Positions 32,520 through 43,414 of a DNA stretch of 64,000 nucleotides are shown piece by piece. Both the position numbers and the translations under genes were made by a program. Numbering within the stretch: the stretch's first letter is position 1; each line of letters opens with the position of its first letter. The notes below the pieces were generated by a model, which was not told where the DNA came from, searched no databases, and worked only from the letters and a program-made list of their open reading frames with translations. The DNA comes from Candidatus Bathyarchaeota archaeon (lineage in GTDB: Archaea; Thermoproteota; Bathyarchaeia; 40CM-2-53-6): assembly GCA_963833125.1 (NCBI GenBank), contig CAWHWX010000004.1, forward strand, positions 1 through 64,000, read 5' to 3'.

Positions 32520-33945
32520 ATGGCTTCCCAGAAGACGAAGACAAAGATCGTCTGCACAATCGGTCCGGCGACTTCATCAAGAGATGTACTGCGTCGATTG
32601 ATTGATTCGGGAATGAATGTTGCGAGGCTCAACTTTTCTCACGGAACAATCCAGGAACACGCGGCCCAAATCCGACTGATTCGGACACTCGCACGAGAGA
32701 GGAAGACAGCAATAGGAATTCTAGCTGATCTGCCTGGGCCAAAGATCAGAGTTGGCCGGGTCTCACCTGAACCGGTTGATCTGAAAAGTGGATCGCAACT
32801 GATTCTTACGGCCCGTCACGTCATAGGAAACCAAAGAATTGTTTCCATAAGCCATCCCTCAATTCTCAAACATTTGAGGAAAGGCGATCGAGTTTTCCTT
32901 GAAGATGGGACCGTAAGGTTGGAAGTTCTTTCCTCGAGAGGTGAGGAGGCGGTCTGCCGAGTCGTTACGGGTGGTTCCCTCTTGTCGGGGAAAGGGGTTA
33001 ATTTGCCGGACAAAGGCTTGAAGCCTGGAGCCTTGACGAAGAGGGATGTAGACCTACTCAAGTTCGCCTTGGCGAATGGCGCGGATTTTGTTGGAATATC
33101 ATTCGTGACCACAAGCAAAGATCTACTCCGGGCCAAACGAATCGTGAAGACGGCTCATTCGAACTCTTGGATAATCGCGAAGATTGAAACCAGGATGGCA
33201 GTAGATAATATCGATAACATCGTGAAACATGCGGATGGGATCATGGTTGCTCGAGGCGATCTAGGCGTAGAGATGGATGTAGAAGACATCCCAATCCTTC
33301 AGAAAGAGATTATCAAGAAGTCGAACGCCGCGGGAATACCGGTCATTACAGCTACCCAGATGCTCGAATCAATGGTAAACAACCCCACCCCTACCCGGGC
33401 AGAAGTAACCGATATCGCCAATGCCATAATCGACGGCACAGACGCCGTGATGCTTTCGGAAGAGACCGCCGTTGGAAAGTATCCGGTTGAAGCAGTTAAT
33501 GTAATGCGGAGAGTCGCCGTTGAGACGGAGAAGAACCTAGCTTACGCATCGCTTTTGGACGCACGGCGAGCCAGTGTGAAACCGATCGTTCAAGAATCGA
33601 TTAGTTTCTCGGCCTGCGAAGTTGCCTTTGCCTTAAAGGCGGGTTGCATCGTTGCAAATACTCGTACCGGTCTGACAGCACATCGGGTTTCGAAGTACCG
33701 TTCCTCCGTGCCCATAATTGCACTTACATACAATGTCCCCGTCATGAACAGGCTTTCTATTCTCTGGGGCGTCTACCCCTACAGAGTGACAGAAACTCAA
33801 TACCACAGCTGAAATATTCACTGCTGCGAAGGCCGCAGCAAAGAATAGTGGAACCGTGAGAGAAGGAGACAAGATCGTGGTTGTCTGCGGAGATCCCTCA
33901 TCACCAGGAGGAACCACAGATCTTCTGAGAGTCCAGCATACCTAG
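32520..33945 (+). CDS. pyk: Pyruvate kinase; frameshift near 33800
   Basis: KTKIVCTIGPA, ARLNFSHG, MVARGDLGVE, ATQMLESM, DAVMLSEETA; C-terminus GGTTDLLRVQHT* in the shifted frame. Confidence 0.95.
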
Positions 33946-33996
33946 ACACATCAACTCAAGAGAACAGTTTATTCCAAGGCCATTGCCTTAGCTCCA

Positions 33997-35124
33997 GTGA
34001 GAAAACATTCAGATGGATTTCAATTCGGCCAAGCATCAGAATACATTGCGGTGGCAGCCTTGACTGGGAAAGAAGCAACCCTCTACCAACCGCTACCCGG
34101 CGGTAGAGTCAGATGCACCGCTTGTGCCCGATACTGCAATATTCCAGAAGGAAAGATCGGCCTCTGCGGAATCCGAGGCAACCTGAACGGTAAGTTGTGG
34201 CTCTACGTTTACGGGAAAATCATCGCAGGCCACATAGATCCAATCGAGAAGAAACCCGTAACCCACTACATGCCAGGAACGAAAATATTCTCAGTAGCAA
34301 CGACTGGATGTAATTGGCTCTGCTCGTATTGCCAGAACTCCGACATTAGTCAGCGGCGCAAGATCGAGGGGTTGGACGTGACGCCCGAGAAGGTAGTGGA
34401 GATGACTAAACGTTACCGCTGCCAAGGCTTAGCCTATACGTACAATCAGCCTACCATCTTCATGGAGTTCGCGCATGACATTGGCGTGCAAGCCAGGAAG
34501 GCGGGCTTGATTAACATCTTCGTTTCGAATGGATATGATACTCCTGACACGGTTGCGTTGATGCCAGACTTCCTGGATTGTATAACGGTTGATTTCAAAG
34601 GCAGCGGAGAAACATCATTCGTCCGCAAGTACATCGGTATCGCCAATGCCGATCCAATCTTCGAAACGCTTCTTGGAATCCGAGATAAGACACAGGTGCA
34701 CATTGAGATCACAGACCTTATCGTCCCGGAAGTTGGAGACGACTTGGGGGCTGCAAAGAAACTCTCTGCTTGGGTTTATGACAACCTCGGCCCCGACACG
34801 CCGATACACTTTCTCAGATTCCACCCAGATTATAAGATGATGAACCTCCCCCCGACCCCCGTAGAAACTTTGGAGAAGCATCACGAAATTGCGAAACAGG
34901 TTGGATTGAATTATGTTTACTTGGGTAATGTTCCAGGACATCCTCTTGAACATACGTACTGCCCCGAGTGCGGGCATGTTGTTGTCGAACGGCTGGGTTT
35001 TGATATATCGGGTTGGCATCTTGATGATCGGAACCGTTGCAAATATTGTGGGAATGAGATTCCGATCGTTGGCCGTTTGAGCAAGTCGGTTAACGAGGAA
35101 AGATTCATGCCCGTGATTATGTAA
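33997..35124 (+). CDS. amrS: AmmeMemoRadiSam system radical SAM enzyme
   Basis: CTACARYC, DPIEKKP, GCNWLCSYCQN, C-terminal CPECG. Confidence 0.88.
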   Translation: MRKHSDGFQFGQASEYIAVAALTGKEATLYQPLPGGRVRCTACARYCNIPEGKIGLCGIRGNLNGKLWLYVYGKIIAGHIDPIEKKPVTHYMPGTKIFSVATTGCNWLCSYCQNSDISQRRKIEGLDVTPEKVVEMTKRYRCQGLAYTYNQPTIFMEFAHDIGVQARKAGLINIFVSNGYDTPDTVALMPDFLDCITVDFKGSGETSFVRKYIGIANADPIFETLLGIRDKTQVHIEITDLIVPEVGDDLGAAKKLSAWVYDNLGPDTPIHFLRFHPDYKMMNLPPTPVETLEKHHEIAKQVGLNYVYLGNVPGHPLEHTYCPECGHVVVERLGFDISGWHLDDRNRCKYCGNEIPIVGRLSKSVNEERFMPVIM

Positions 35125-35173
35125 ACTCAATCGAGATACTTTCAAGTTTTGAATGAAACGAGGTTGACTTAGA

Positions 35174-35665
35174 CTGCGCTTCATAGTTAACAGAGATCTC
35201 CCTGAAGGAAGATACAGACTTCAGGAAGTCTTCTCCGGCCTCGGGGATGTGAAACCCCTCAAGAATTGTGTTGGCAACTCTGGCGTATTGAAACGGATCT
35301 TAGAGGAAACTCAGGTCACAGTGGTCAATGAGGACGGGTACATGTACGTTAACGATGAAGACGGCAGCTTGGTCGTGGCGTTGGAGTATTTGAAAACGGG
35401 AGATTCTAAACACTTGTACCTTGACGTAATTCATGAATTAGTTCACGTTAAGCAATTCTTGCAAGGAAAGAACCTGTTCGATGATGCCTACAGTTACGTA
35501 GATAGGCCCACGGAGATTGAGGCATACCGTTGTTGCGTCGAGGAAGGCCGCAAGATTGGAATGCCCGAGCCTGAGATTGCTGAGTATCTTTACGTTGAAT
35601 GGATAACTAGGAAAGACCACGCTAGACTTCTGAAAACCCTCGGAGTAAGCGCGGAGCCTAGCTAA
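35174..35665 (+). CDS. HExxH hypothetical protein; probable CTG start at 35174 (ORF track starts at GTG 35249)
   Basis: IHELVHVKQ and YVDRPTEIEAY; frame open back to TGA at 35165. Confidence 0.65.
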   Translation: MRFIVNRDLPEGRYRLQEVFSGLGDVKPLKNCVGNSGVLKRILEETQVTVVNEDGYMYVNDEDGSLVVALEYLKTGDSKHLYLDVIHELVHVKQFLQGKNLFDDAYSYVDRPTEIEAYRCCVEEGRKIGMPEPEIAEYLYVEWITRKDHARLLKTLGVSAEPS

Positions 35666-35695
35666 TGGATTTTCAAGATATTTCAAGAACGAAGA

Positions 35696-36166
35696 TTACA
35701 GTAGCGTGACATGGCCAGCACGCTCGTCACGAACTCCTGATTCCTTCAATCGTTTCGAGTGTAAAATGAACTCCTGAACGAAGTTTCTAGTATACACTTC
35801 CAAGTCTAGTTTTAGTGCGTCCTCAGGTTTAACCCAGACGTAGCTTTGGAGTTCTCGGCCGTCCAATTTCACGTCCGAACTCAGAGCTTTGCAGACGTAG
35901 TCCATGAAAATGTAATGCTCGTGTTTTTGGAAGTCTTTGGGGTAGATTGCTTGCTGCAAGATAAGCAACTCAACTACCTCTGAGTCCAAGCCGGTTTCCT
36001 CTTTCACTTCCCTGACAATCGCGACCTCTGCCCTCTCACCGAGCTCGATGTGCCCGCCGGGGACCGTGTATTTCTCGCCCCATTTCTTGGAATGAACGAG
36101 TAGAACCTCACCCTTCTCGTTGACGACCAAGGCGCCGACTGTCGCTTCCGGATAAAGCTGAACCAT
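35696..36166 (-). CDS. NUDIX hydrolase
   Basis: PGGHIELGERAEVAIVREVKEETGL Nudix box. Confidence 0.93.
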   Translation of the reverse strand: MVQLYPEATVGALVVNEKGEVLLVHSKKWGEKYTVPGGHIELGERAEVAIVREVKEETGLDSEVVELLILQQAIYPKDFQKHEHYIFMDYVCKALSSDVKLDGRELQSYVWVKPEDALKLDLEVYTRNFVQEFILHSKRLKESGVRDERAGHVTLL

Positions 36167-36198
36167 ATGAGGACCTCGCGGAAGTGAGAGGTGGGAGA

Positions 36199-36516
36199 TC
36201 AGGTCTTGCCTGTCATCATGCCCAGCACACCCACAACCGAGATCAACCCACCGACAATCAGGATCAACGGCTCTTGGGTGCGAACATAAACAAGACCGGT
36301 AAATGTAGCGAGGGTAGTGAGCCCTACAATGTTGATGAAGGCTAACCTCTGCTGTTCATTCAAGTCAACTAAAGCCTCTGCATGAACAGCTCCACGATTC
36401 GCCAACCCGTGTATATCTCTGTTCCTCTCTGACGAACTCTTATCCCACGTAACGTCTTCAGGAATATCTAATTCCATGTGCTTGGACTGCATGGTTTCCA
36501 GAATCGTTAGGATCAA
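36199..36516 (-). CDS. Small membrane protein, hypothetical (start uncertain)
   Basis: Two C-terminal hydrophobic helices. Confidence 0.4.
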   Translation of the reverse strand: MILTILETMQSKHMELDIPEDVTWDKSSSERNRDIHGLANRGAVHAEALVDLNEQQRLAFINIVGLTTLATFTGLVYVRTQEPLILIVGGLISVVGVLGMMTGKT

Positions 36517-37697
36517 TTTGACCGGCCAAACACCCGCACCCTCACTTTTTGACAGATTCTCCTCTGATATGGTGGATCTATCAACGGAGGTATATGGGCC
36601 GGAAACGCCTGCAATACTTGAGGCTCTTTCGAAACCCGTTGGGACCTATTATGTGAGATGCAACACTCTCAAAATATCACCTACGGAACTCCGGAAGAGG
36701 CTTGCGGATAGAGGTCTCAGAGTCGAATCACATCCCGCTCTGTCCGAGGCTCTGGGAATACAAGTGGATGGACCGTTTGAGATTTCCTCGACCAATCTGC
36801 GGATGGTGGTTGACAAATTCACCGCGGAATCTGTCTTGCAGGGAGCGAACGTTTACGCGCCAGGCGTCAAGAATTGTCATTCCATACAGACGGGAGATCG
36901 CGTGACCATCGTCTCCGAACTGGGGGATATTCTCGCCAATGGGACGGCAGCGATGAACACGACTGATATTCTCACATTCAAGAAAGGACTGGCTGTAAAG
37001 ATCGAGAATCGACGATTCAAGTCTCCACAAATAAGAGACTTACCGGAATTCTCCGATGGCTTACTGTACCCGCAATCGCTCGCTGCAATGATCACATCTC
37101 ACGTCCTCGACCCGCAGGAAGGAGAAATCATTTTGGACATGAATTGCGCGCCGGGCGGCAAGTTGTCTCATCTGAGTCAGTTAATGCGAGCCACCGGAAA
37201 GATAGTTGGTTTAGACCGAAACGCCGACAAGATCGCACAAACCCGCCACACGATCACCAACCTGGGCTGTTCCAATGTAACTCTCGCAATACATGATTCT
37301 AGGTATGTGGACGCAGACTTTGCGGAATTTGAAACCAGATCGAGTCCTAATCGATCCACCTTGTAGCGCCCTAGGCCTCAGGCCGAAAATTTACGACCAT
37401 ACAAAGAAGCAAAGAGTCGATGATCTTGCCGAATACCAGAAGCAGTTCATTAAGGCGGGTAGCCGGGTCGTAAAACCTGGTGGAGTGGTTGTGTACAGTG
37501 TCTGCACTTTCACGGCACAAGAGTGTGAAGGAGTCGTTGAGTTCGCTGAAGAGGAGTGCGATTTGCATACAGTGCAGCAGACTCCTTTCCTAGGCTCGAC
37601 GGGTTTGGGAAGAACCGGAGAACCGGCCCTTCTCTGCCAACGATTTCGCCCAGACACGGACGAGATTGGATATTTCATTGCAAAATTCATACGGTAG
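36476..37697 (+). CDS. RsmB/NOP2-family RNA m5C methyltransferase with PUA domain; frameshift near 37325
   Basis: ESVLQGANVYAPGV (PUA), DMNCAPGGK, LIDPPCSALG, VYSVCT. Confidence 0.9.
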
Positions 37698-37764
37698 CAC
37701 GGCCACTATATGACAAGCGTCATATACCGAAGTTTGCCATAATGAAGACAAATAGCGATTTCAT

Positions 37765-40410
37765 ATGAGCAACATGATGAAAAGTTTCGTTTTCGCAATC
37801 GTGCTACTTCTCGTGTTGTCAGCCATGCCGCCCCTTGCGGTGAATGGACAGCTTCTGGACACATTTACCATGAACTATTCCCCTACCACTCTAAGCGTCC
37901 AGCAAGGTGATTCCGGCACAGTCCAGATCACAGTTACTTCGATAAACAACTTCAGCGCGCCGGTATCTTTGTCATTCACTGATGCGCCGATTGGGGTGTC
38001 AATTAATTTTGATAATAACCCCGTGACTCCTCCACCAGGCGGCGGCGACTCGAGCACCGCCTACTTCAGTGTGGATCCCAGCGTGCCCGCTTCCACGTAT
38101 CAAATGACGCTGGTTGGTTCAAGCGGTTCTGACGTTAAGAACTACGATTTCAGCCTGCAGGTCACACCTCTGATCGTGCCCGGAGATTTCGGAATTTCAG
38201 TCTCGCCACAAGTCGTCAATGTTCAAGCAGGCGGCTCAGGAGCAGCGACCGTCACGATAACCTCAATTAACGGTTTCTCCGGCCCGGTAACTCTATCGTC
38301 AAGCGGTCAACCTTCGGGCGTGAGCGTCAATTTCTCCCCCAGCGCCCCCGCCCCATCTCCTGGCGGTTCAGCCGATTCTTCAGTGAGCCTTTCTGTCGCT
38401 AACTTCGTCCAAGCTGGATCTTATCCCCTCACGATAACGGGCTCTGGGAGCAGCAGCTACATAATCCAACACTCCACTCAACTCAATCTTCAAGTGTCCT
38501 CTCCACAAGATTTCACGATAACCGTTAACCCGACAAGCATTAACATCCAGCAAGGTGGATCCACCACCGCCACCGTTATTGTGAGTGCGATTGGCGGGTT
38601 CTCCTCCCCAGTAGGTCTTTCCACAAGCAACGGAGTCCCTTCAGGCGTTCAGGTTGGTTTCTCACCGAACCCTATCACTCCGGGAAGTTCGACCATGTCC
38701 ATCAACGTTGCAGCCTCAGCAAAGGCTGGGACTTTCAACTTCCAAGTATTGGGGACCAGCGGAAGTCTAAGTCACGCCACAACGTTCACGATGACAATCT
38801 CGCAAGCCTCCCAGCCAAGCTTCTCTCTATCATCCTCCTCAGGCTCACTCTCGCTCTCTCAGAGTGGGACAGGGTCGGTTAAGATAGTCGTGTCCTCGGT
38901 CAACGGTTTCTCGTCGCCCGTCAACACATATGCTTCTTGGATTGGTCCGACTCCGTCAGGCATCACTGTCACGGGGCCTGGCCCATTGACGCCACCCGCG
39001 AACGGGGCAACGTCTGGCACGCTTACCCTGACAGCCTCGGCAAGCGCGTCTGTCGGCAACTATCTCCTGAGCTTGGTGGGTACGAGCGGTTCGCTCAGTA
39101 CTAGCACGAATATAGGAGTGCAAATCCTAACCGGCTCGGGTGACTTCAGTCTCTCCCTATCACCATCAACCGTAACAATGATTCAGGGCTCCGCCGCAAC
39201 CTCAACCCTAACAATACAATCCTCAGGAACATTCGCCTCACCCGTAACACTCTCAGCCTCACCCGCGAGCGGATTAGGCGTTACTTTCGCAACAAATCCG
39301 TTAACCCCGCCGGTCACGGGAAAGACAACCACTCAAGTAACAATTACGGCTGCGGGAACTGTCGGTACCGGAACCTACACGGTTCCGATAATCGGGACAG
39401 GCGGATCGCTATCTCACACCACTAGCATTACGGTAACAGTAAACGAAGCGGAAACCCCGGACTTCACTGTAGTTGCGGGACCTAACGCGATCTCAATCGC
39501 TCAAGGAGCCTCCGGAAACTCCGTAATCGCGGTCCTCTCACAAAGCGGCTTCAGCTCACCAGTAGCGTTGTCGGCTTCCTGGCAAGGAACATCCCCAATG
39601 GGAGTAACCTTCAATCTTCCCAGCCCCATTACCCCGCAACCAAACACCGTGGCCACATCAACATTAACGGTAACCGCATCACCCGGATCCTCAATTGGAA
39701 CGTACACACTCGACGTGACAGGTAGCAGCGGCGCCCTTATTCATAAAACCCCAATAACAGTGCAAATCTCAGGTTCCGGCGTAACAACAAGCACAAGCAC
39801 AGGCTCAAGCTCAACTACGACTAGTGCTCCTGGACCAACGTGCTTCATCGCTACCGCCACCTACGGGTCCACTCTCGCTCCCGAAGTTCAATTCCTCAGA
39901 AGTTTCCGCGACAGGCAAATCGTGAAGACCTTCGTCGGATGGAACTTTATGATCGCCTTTAACACGTGGTACTACTCCTTCAGTCCAACTGTCGCACAAT
40001 CCATAATTCAACACCCAACGTTTCAATACACCATGAGGATCGTGCTCTACCCGCTAATCGAAATTCTTAGGTTCGGCGCCCTATCCTTCAACGTACTCCC
40101 CGCTCACCAGGAGCTGGCAGGCATCCTCTCAGGCTTGCTGATCAGTTCACTAGTTGGAGTCACTTACCTTGCTTTGCCATTGACAGTATTGTTTAGGTTC
40201 ACACCGAAGCTGAAGAGAAACGCTAAGAGGGCTCAAAAGATTCTGTGCGGAGTTCTACTATTTTCTCTGTTTGCAGTCGCTATTGCTGAACTCTCAGCTT
40301 CAGCTCCGCTGATGATCGTGATGAGCGCAACGGCAGCTCTCTCAACCCTACTGCTCTCAGCCCTATTTACATCCGGGAAACTCTTGCGGCTAAGAGGGTT
40401 GAAAACTTGA
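37765..40410 (+). CDS. Large Ser/Thr-rich surface protein with ~6 Ig-like repeats and CFI-box-CTERM domain
   Basis: Signal peptide; repeats DF.I.V.P...QG...GFSSPV.L...GSLSH; CFIATATYGS...EVQFLRSFRD; C-terminal TM helices. Confidence 0.85.
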   Translation: MSNMMKSFVFAIVLLLVLSAMPPLAVNGQLLDTFTMNYSPTTLSVQQGDSGTVQITVTSINNFSAPVSLSFTDAPIGVSINFDNNPVTPPPGGGDSSTAYFSVDPSVPASTYQMTLVGSSGSDVKNYDFSLQVTPLIVPGDFGISVSPQVVNVQAGGSGAATVTITSINGFSGPVTLSSSGQPSGVSVNFSPSAPAPSPGGSADSSVSLSVANFVQAGSYPLTITGSGSSSYIIQHSTQLNLQVSSPQDFTITVNPTSINIQQGGSTTATVIVSAIGGFSSPVGLSTSNGVPSGVQVGFSPNPITPGSSTMSINVAASAKAGTFNFQVLGTSGSLSHATTFTMTISQASQPSFSLSSSSGSLSLSQSGTGSVKIVVSSVNGFSSPVNTYASWIGPTPSGITVTGPGPLTPPANGATSGTLTLTASASASVGNYLLSLVGTSGSLSTSTNIGVQILTGSGDFSLSLSPSTVTMIQGSAATSTLTIQSSGTFASPVTLSASPASGLGVTFATNPLTPPVTGKTTTQVTITAAGTVGTGTYTVPIIGTGGSLSHTTSITVTVNEAETPDFTVVAGPNAISIAQGASGNSVIAVLSQSGFSSPVALSASWQGTSPMGVTFNLPSPITPQPNTVATSTLTVTASPGSSIGTYTLDVTGSSGALIHKTPITVQISGSGVTTSTSTGSSSTTTSAPGPTCFIATATYGSTLAPEVQFLRSFRDRQIVKTFVGWNFMIAFNTWYYSFSPTVAQSIIQHPTFQYTMRIVLYPLIEILRFGALSFNVLPAHQELAGILSGLLISSLVGVTYLALPLTVLFRFTPKLKRNAKRAQKILCGVLLFSLFAVAIAELSASAPLMIVMSATAALSTLLLSALFTSGKLLRLRGLKT

Positions 40411-40494
40411 GTAAACCACGTGCTACTGGCAAGCCAAACTCGGTCAGTACCTGTTAATTAGCAGAACGTGACATATTCTAAACAGGTGTTTGCT

Positions 40495-40629
40495 ATGGCC
40501 AGACGCAGACGAAGTAAAAGAAAGGGCAGAACTTCGAAGACAGGACGGAAATTGCAGAAAGGCGCCCGCAGTGCCGGCCGGAGAGTCGGAAGAAGCCTGA
40601 AGAGACTCGGAAGAAAACTATCTCGATAG
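40495..40629 (+). CDS. Arg/Lys-rich (protamine-like) 44-aa microprotein, not in the ORF track
   Basis: SD AGGTG upstream; MARRRRSKRKGRTSKTGRKLQKGARSAGRRVGRSLKRLGRKLSR*. Confidence 0.7.
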   Translation: MARRRRSKRKGRTSKTGRKLQKGARSAGRRVGRSLKRLGRKLSR

Positions 40630-40669
40630 AGACATCCTAATCAGATCGGTAACCAGCCATTCCTTACAA

Positions 40670-41125
40670 TCACAGTGCTGATGTGCTCTCTGGAATTTCG
40701 TGCGTCAAAGATTGACGCCAATACTTGAATGCAAGAATTGTTAGAAGGGCTATCGAGATTGTCTGCACCGGTTGATATGGGATTGGCCATGTGTAAAAGA
40801 ACCAACCGTTGAGATAAATCGCTAACAGCAGACTTCCCAGAACCAAACAGACCACTGCGTGCTCTCGGCGACTCATCTTTGATCGGAGAATGAGAACACC
40901 CAGTAGAAGCATGGGCAGTATGGTCGCCAGACCGATGAAGACGAAAGCAGGGACTCCGACGAAGGCGTACTGGATGAAAACTATCCACCCCTGCTCTGCA
41001 TACCAATCGAACCCGAACCATGACAATACTAGGATGGGGTTTGACCCAAAGTAATGGATGCTAGGGACGAGCAAGTGCACTACCAGTAAGAGAACCATCC
41101 ATTTCGTAAGGCTCGGCGTATTCAC
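40670..41125 (-). CDS. Hypothetical membrane protein (~4 TM)
   Basis: Hydrophobicity pattern of the ORF. Confidence 0.65.
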   Translation of the reverse strand: MNTPSLTKWMVLLLVVHLLVPSIHYFGSNPILVLSWFGFDWYAEQGWIVFIQYAFVGVPAFVFIGLATILPMLLLGVLILRSKMSRREHAVVCLVLGSLLLAIYLNGWFFYTWPIPYQPVQTISIALLTILAFKYWRQSLTHEIPESTSAL

Positions 41126-41199
41126 GCGTGGATCTATCCTCGGTTAACTCCTCCCATGGGAGCTTTGCGAAGAACTATCTGGACACGGTCGCCGAAGAT

Positions 41200-41811
41200 T
41201 CACGGTATCGTGACGGGTAGGATTTGCAGCAGTGACTTCAAAGGAACTCCCTCGATCTTTGACTTTCCGCTCTTATTTACCAAAACGAGAATACCGACAG
41301 GTTTCGCCTTAGCCTTGCGTAACGTCTGAATGGCTGCTTTGTGAGTTTCACCTGCACGTAGAACTGCATCCGCAATCAGCACCTTCTTGCCTGCGACGCT
41401 ATGAAATGAGGGGTTAACCAATCCTGGGAGTTTTCTTTGAGCAACACGATGTGGCCGCACTGCTGCAAAGGGCTTATCCAGTTCCTTGGCGATCGCAGCA
41501 CCCAAGACCATCCCACTTCCTTCTATCGCAGCAATCACGTCCGGCTCACTGAACTCTGAGGCGCGAACGGATTCTTTCGCTAAATGGGCTAATGCTTCGG
41601 CGATCGCAGACATACGTTTCGAGTCTGAGGCGAGGGAACTCCAATCTACGAATACATCGTGGGGTGGATGTATCGCGGCTCGTTCCTTTCCCTTGAGCAG
41701 TAACCAGACGACTGTATCGGGTTGAACCTTCAATTCATCGGCTATGTCATAGTTTGAGAGGCCTTTCGACTTAAGCTCCTGAGCCTTCCTCACCAATTCA
41801 TGCGGAATCAT
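41200..41811 (-). CDS. gfcR: HTH plus PyrE-like phosphoribosyltransferase-domain regulator (GfcR-like)
   Basis: KAQELKSKGLSNYDIADELKV...VWLL, DVFVDWS, PRT-like VAGKKVLIADAVLRAGET. Confidence 0.7.
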   Translation of the reverse strand: MIPHELVRKAQELKSKGLSNYDIADELKVQPDTVVWLLLKGKERAAIHPPHDVFVDWSSLASDSKRMSAIAEALAHLAKESVRASEFSEPDVIAAIEGSGMVLGAAIAKELDKPFAAVRPHRVAQRKLPGLVNPSFHSVAGKKVLIADAVLRAGETHKAAIQTLRKAKAKPVGILVLVNKSGKSKIEGVPLKSLLQILPVTIP

Positions 41812-41904
41812 TTGTGAACTTCACAACCTGAGAATCTAATCATTTCACGAGCTCTTATAAGACGTAGCTTGATTTCCAACGAGTCGATGCGCTAAAGAAC
41901 ATGC

Positions 41905-42867
41905 ATGACACGAGGGTCGGATTTTGCAATGACGCTACCAACCTACTCCTTCGAGATTCCATCTGACCAAGTCAATGGTCCGATGAACCTTTTCGAAACG
42001 GTACTTAGTGCGCAAACCTGTGAACCTGAATGGCTCAAGGAAGGTACGGCACTCACTGATGTTGAAGTCTTCCATGGAATCCCGGTCAAGTATACGGTGG
42101 GTCAATTCGGTGGCGTGGACGCATTCGTTCTGAAGGTTCAAGCGATAGCATGTGGTTTGGATGAAAGAATAATCGAAGATTTGAGGAAACACCTCGAGCA
42201 CGTTCTCGGCCTGAAAGATAATCTGAACGCTCTCTACGGCAAGTTTGCCGATATAGACGAACCATTATCCTCGACTTTCAAGAAACTACGAGGTTTACGG
42301 TTGATGCGGGGCACCGACCTCTACGAAGCCTTGATCTGCTCCATTCTCTCACAGAATAACTCTGTAAGATTATGGAACAGGACAGCCCGACTCATGATGC
42401 AGCATTATGGTCGGAGAGTCACTTTTCCGGATGGCTCTTCATCGTTTCTCTTCCCAGATGTAGAAACATTAGCGAGGCTGAACCCTCGGGCGCTCAGATC
42501 AAGAACGTCGATGGGATACAGAGCCAAACCTGTTGTGTTGGTTTCCCGAATGATCGTGAGTGGTAAACTCGATCTGACTGAGTTGACGAATCAGACCTAC
42601 GAAAATGCCGTGAATTCTCTTCTTGAACTTCCGGGGGTTGGCCCGAAGGTTGCTGACTGTTTCTTGCTCTACGGTGCTGGCTGTCTTGAGGCAGCGCCGG
42701 TGGACGTGTGGATCCATAGAGTTGTTTCGAAGTTGTACTTCCGCGGTAGGAAGGTCAGCAGGATGAAGACTGCAATATTTTTGCGCGAGCGTTATCTGGA
42801 GTGGGCGGGGTACGCGCAGTTATACTTATTTGATTACGCTCGAAGAATAAATCCGAAAATGGGATGA
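41905..42867 (+). CDS. HhH-GPD DNA glycosylase (8-oxoguanine glycosylase Ogg1-like)
   Basis: ILSQNN, LPGVGPKVADC, PVDVW, WAGYAQLYLF. Confidence 0.9.
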   Translation: MTRGSDFAMTLPTYSFEIPSDQVNGPMNLFETVLSAQTCEPEWLKEGTALTDVEVFHGIPVKYTVGQFGGVDAFVLKVQAIACGLDERIIEDLRKHLEHVLGLKDNLNALYGKFADIDEPLSSTFKKLRGLRLMRGTDLYEALICSILSQNNSVRLWNRTARLMMQHYGRRVTFPDGSSSFLFPDVETLARLNPRALRSRTSMGYRAKPVVLVSRMIVSGKLDLTELTNQTYENAVNSLLELPGVGPKVADCFLLYGAGCLEAAPVDVWIHRVVSKLYFRGRKVSRMKTAIFLRERYLEWAGYAQLYLFDYARRINPKMG

Positions 42868-42886
42868 CAACAGTAGCCCGCGCTCA

Positions 42887-43414
42887 TTACCGGCGTCGCT
42901 GCTTGGCTGCCTCTTTGGTGAGCGGTTTCCGTTTCAATTTGGTGCCGCATACCAAGCAGACCTGATTGTCGCCTGTGGGGTAACGTCTAAAACAGGCTGG
43001 GCAATAGAGGATCCATTTGAATTTTTGGCGAATACCGTAGGTAGCCAACGACTGATAGGCCAAGTTGAGAGATTCCGCGATATTCTGTACGGCGTAATCA
43101 TCGCTCACAATGACCGGAGTCAAGCCTTCCAAGCTAAGATCTAAGGCTAAGGCTAGGATGCTTGTATCTGTCTTGGAAAGTGCAACTTTGTCACCGAGTA
43201 GTGTTGCTTTGCTGGAGACTTCGGTAAGGGAAGCAGATGTGGGGGTTTTGATCTTCATTTTACCTGAAGAACTTGAAACCGTTAATCGGTAAGAGGGCCC
43301 GGTTTGCTGCCGAAGTTCCTCAGTAACCTCCGGCACTGAGTAACTGTCAAATTCGAGCCCTAGTGGGTCGAGCCCCATGATGAGTGCGGAGGTATCAAGT
43401 ACGAGAACTTTCAG
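42887..43414 (-). CDS. nob1: Nob1 rRNA-processing PIN endonuclease; CTG start at 43414
   Basis: (M)KVLVLDTSALIMG, LSKTD, SDDYAVQN, CPAC...CLVCG; CTGA overlap with the NAD kinase stop. Confidence 0.88.
   Translation of the reverse strand: MKVLVLDTSALIMGLDPLGLEFDSYSVPEVTEELRQQTGPSYRLTVSSSSGKMKIKTPTSASLTEVSSKATLLGDKVALSKTDTSILALALDLSLEGLTPVIVSDDYAVQNIAESLNLAYQSLATYGIRQKFKWILYCPACFRRYPTGDNQVCLVCGTKLKRKPLTKEAAKQRRR

Noticed and set aside
33790-33815. Programmed frameshifting in pyk, srp54 and other genes
   Set aside because: No consistent slippery sites; indels are scattered across unrelated genes, as expected for sequencing error.
37765-39780. Internal repeats of the surface protein as a diversity-generating or DNA repeat system
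   Set aside because: The repeats are diverged at the DNA level and are ordinary tandem Ig-like domains; no reverse transcriptase or template repeat is present.
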